DNA of 64,000 bases from an uncultured Candidatus Saccharibacteria bacterium (GTDB lineage Bacteria > Patescibacteriota > Minisyncoccia > Phycocordibacterales > PALSA-1337): positions 17,091-81,090 of the forward strand of contig CAZLCD010000001.1 in the NCBI GenBank assembly GCA_964558375.1, read 5' to 3'. Position 1 is the stretch's first letter; every line of letters starts with the position of its first letter. This document shows, in pieces, positions 63,987 to 64,000 of the stretch. The translations under genes and the position numbers were made by a program. Below the pieces are notes generated by a model. That model worked only from the letters and a program-made list of their open reading frames with translations, was not told the DNA's origin and did not search any database.

Positions 63987-64000
63987 CTCCTCCTCAGTCA

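Noticed and set aside
1-64000. CRISPR arrays, restriction-modification genes, transposases/integrases
   Set aside because: No regularly spaced short direct repeats, no recognisable methyltransferase/endonuclease pairs and no tyrosine/serine recombinase or DDE transposase motifs were seen. The repeats found are isolated pairs.

Overview
The window is a low-GC (roughly 33-35%) chromosomal segment with short intergenic spacers and many overlapping genes, dominated by housekeeping genes. Gene content (many aaRS, type IV pilus genes, M23 peptidase, DKNYY repeat protein, shortened RecO/YebC/HolA-like proteins) suggests a small-genome, Patescibacteria/CPR-like bacterium; this is inference only. The right end carries the classical origin neighbourhood: rpmH-rnpA-yidC, then dnaA and dnaN on the opposite strand, with DnaA-box clusters on both sides of dnaA. 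Other core genes are metG (partial), glyQS, ileS, argS, tyrS, polA, tsaE, ruvB/ruvC/ruvX, recO, rplK-nusG-secE, rplS, a class A PBP, pilM-N-O and pilB. Six tRNAs are present: His, Leu, Val, Arg, Ser, Lys. Two observations stand out. First, a divergent deoxypyrimidine/thymidylate supercluster (tmk, a Cys-rich MazG/DCTPP1-like pyrophosphatase with foreign GC content, dut and a dCMP deaminase on one strand; a ThyA homologue and dcd on the other). The ThyA homologue carries Asp at the position of E. coli Asn177, the single residue known to switch thymidylate-synthase-fold enzymes from dUMP to dCMP. glyA, folD and folA lie nearby, so a dCMP-level methylation or hydroxymethylation route is a real possibility. 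Second, the IleRS gene has a complete histidine-phosphatase (PGM-like, RHG motif) domain inserted into its catalytic core. Smaller items include an integration-scar-like partial duplication of the tRNA-Arg 3' end with a GC-rich spacer, a higher-GC two-gene cassette bounded by about 27-nt direct repeats within a tRNA-Ser/tRNA-Lys accessory patch rich in nucleotide house-cleaning enzymes, a 2.8-kb higher-GC island of secreted proteins, and several long symmetric structured elements (a 6S-like candidate upstream of ruvB, a 24-bp-stem element between folA and rplK, and an argS leader structure). No CRISPR array, restriction-modification genes or transposase genes were recognised.
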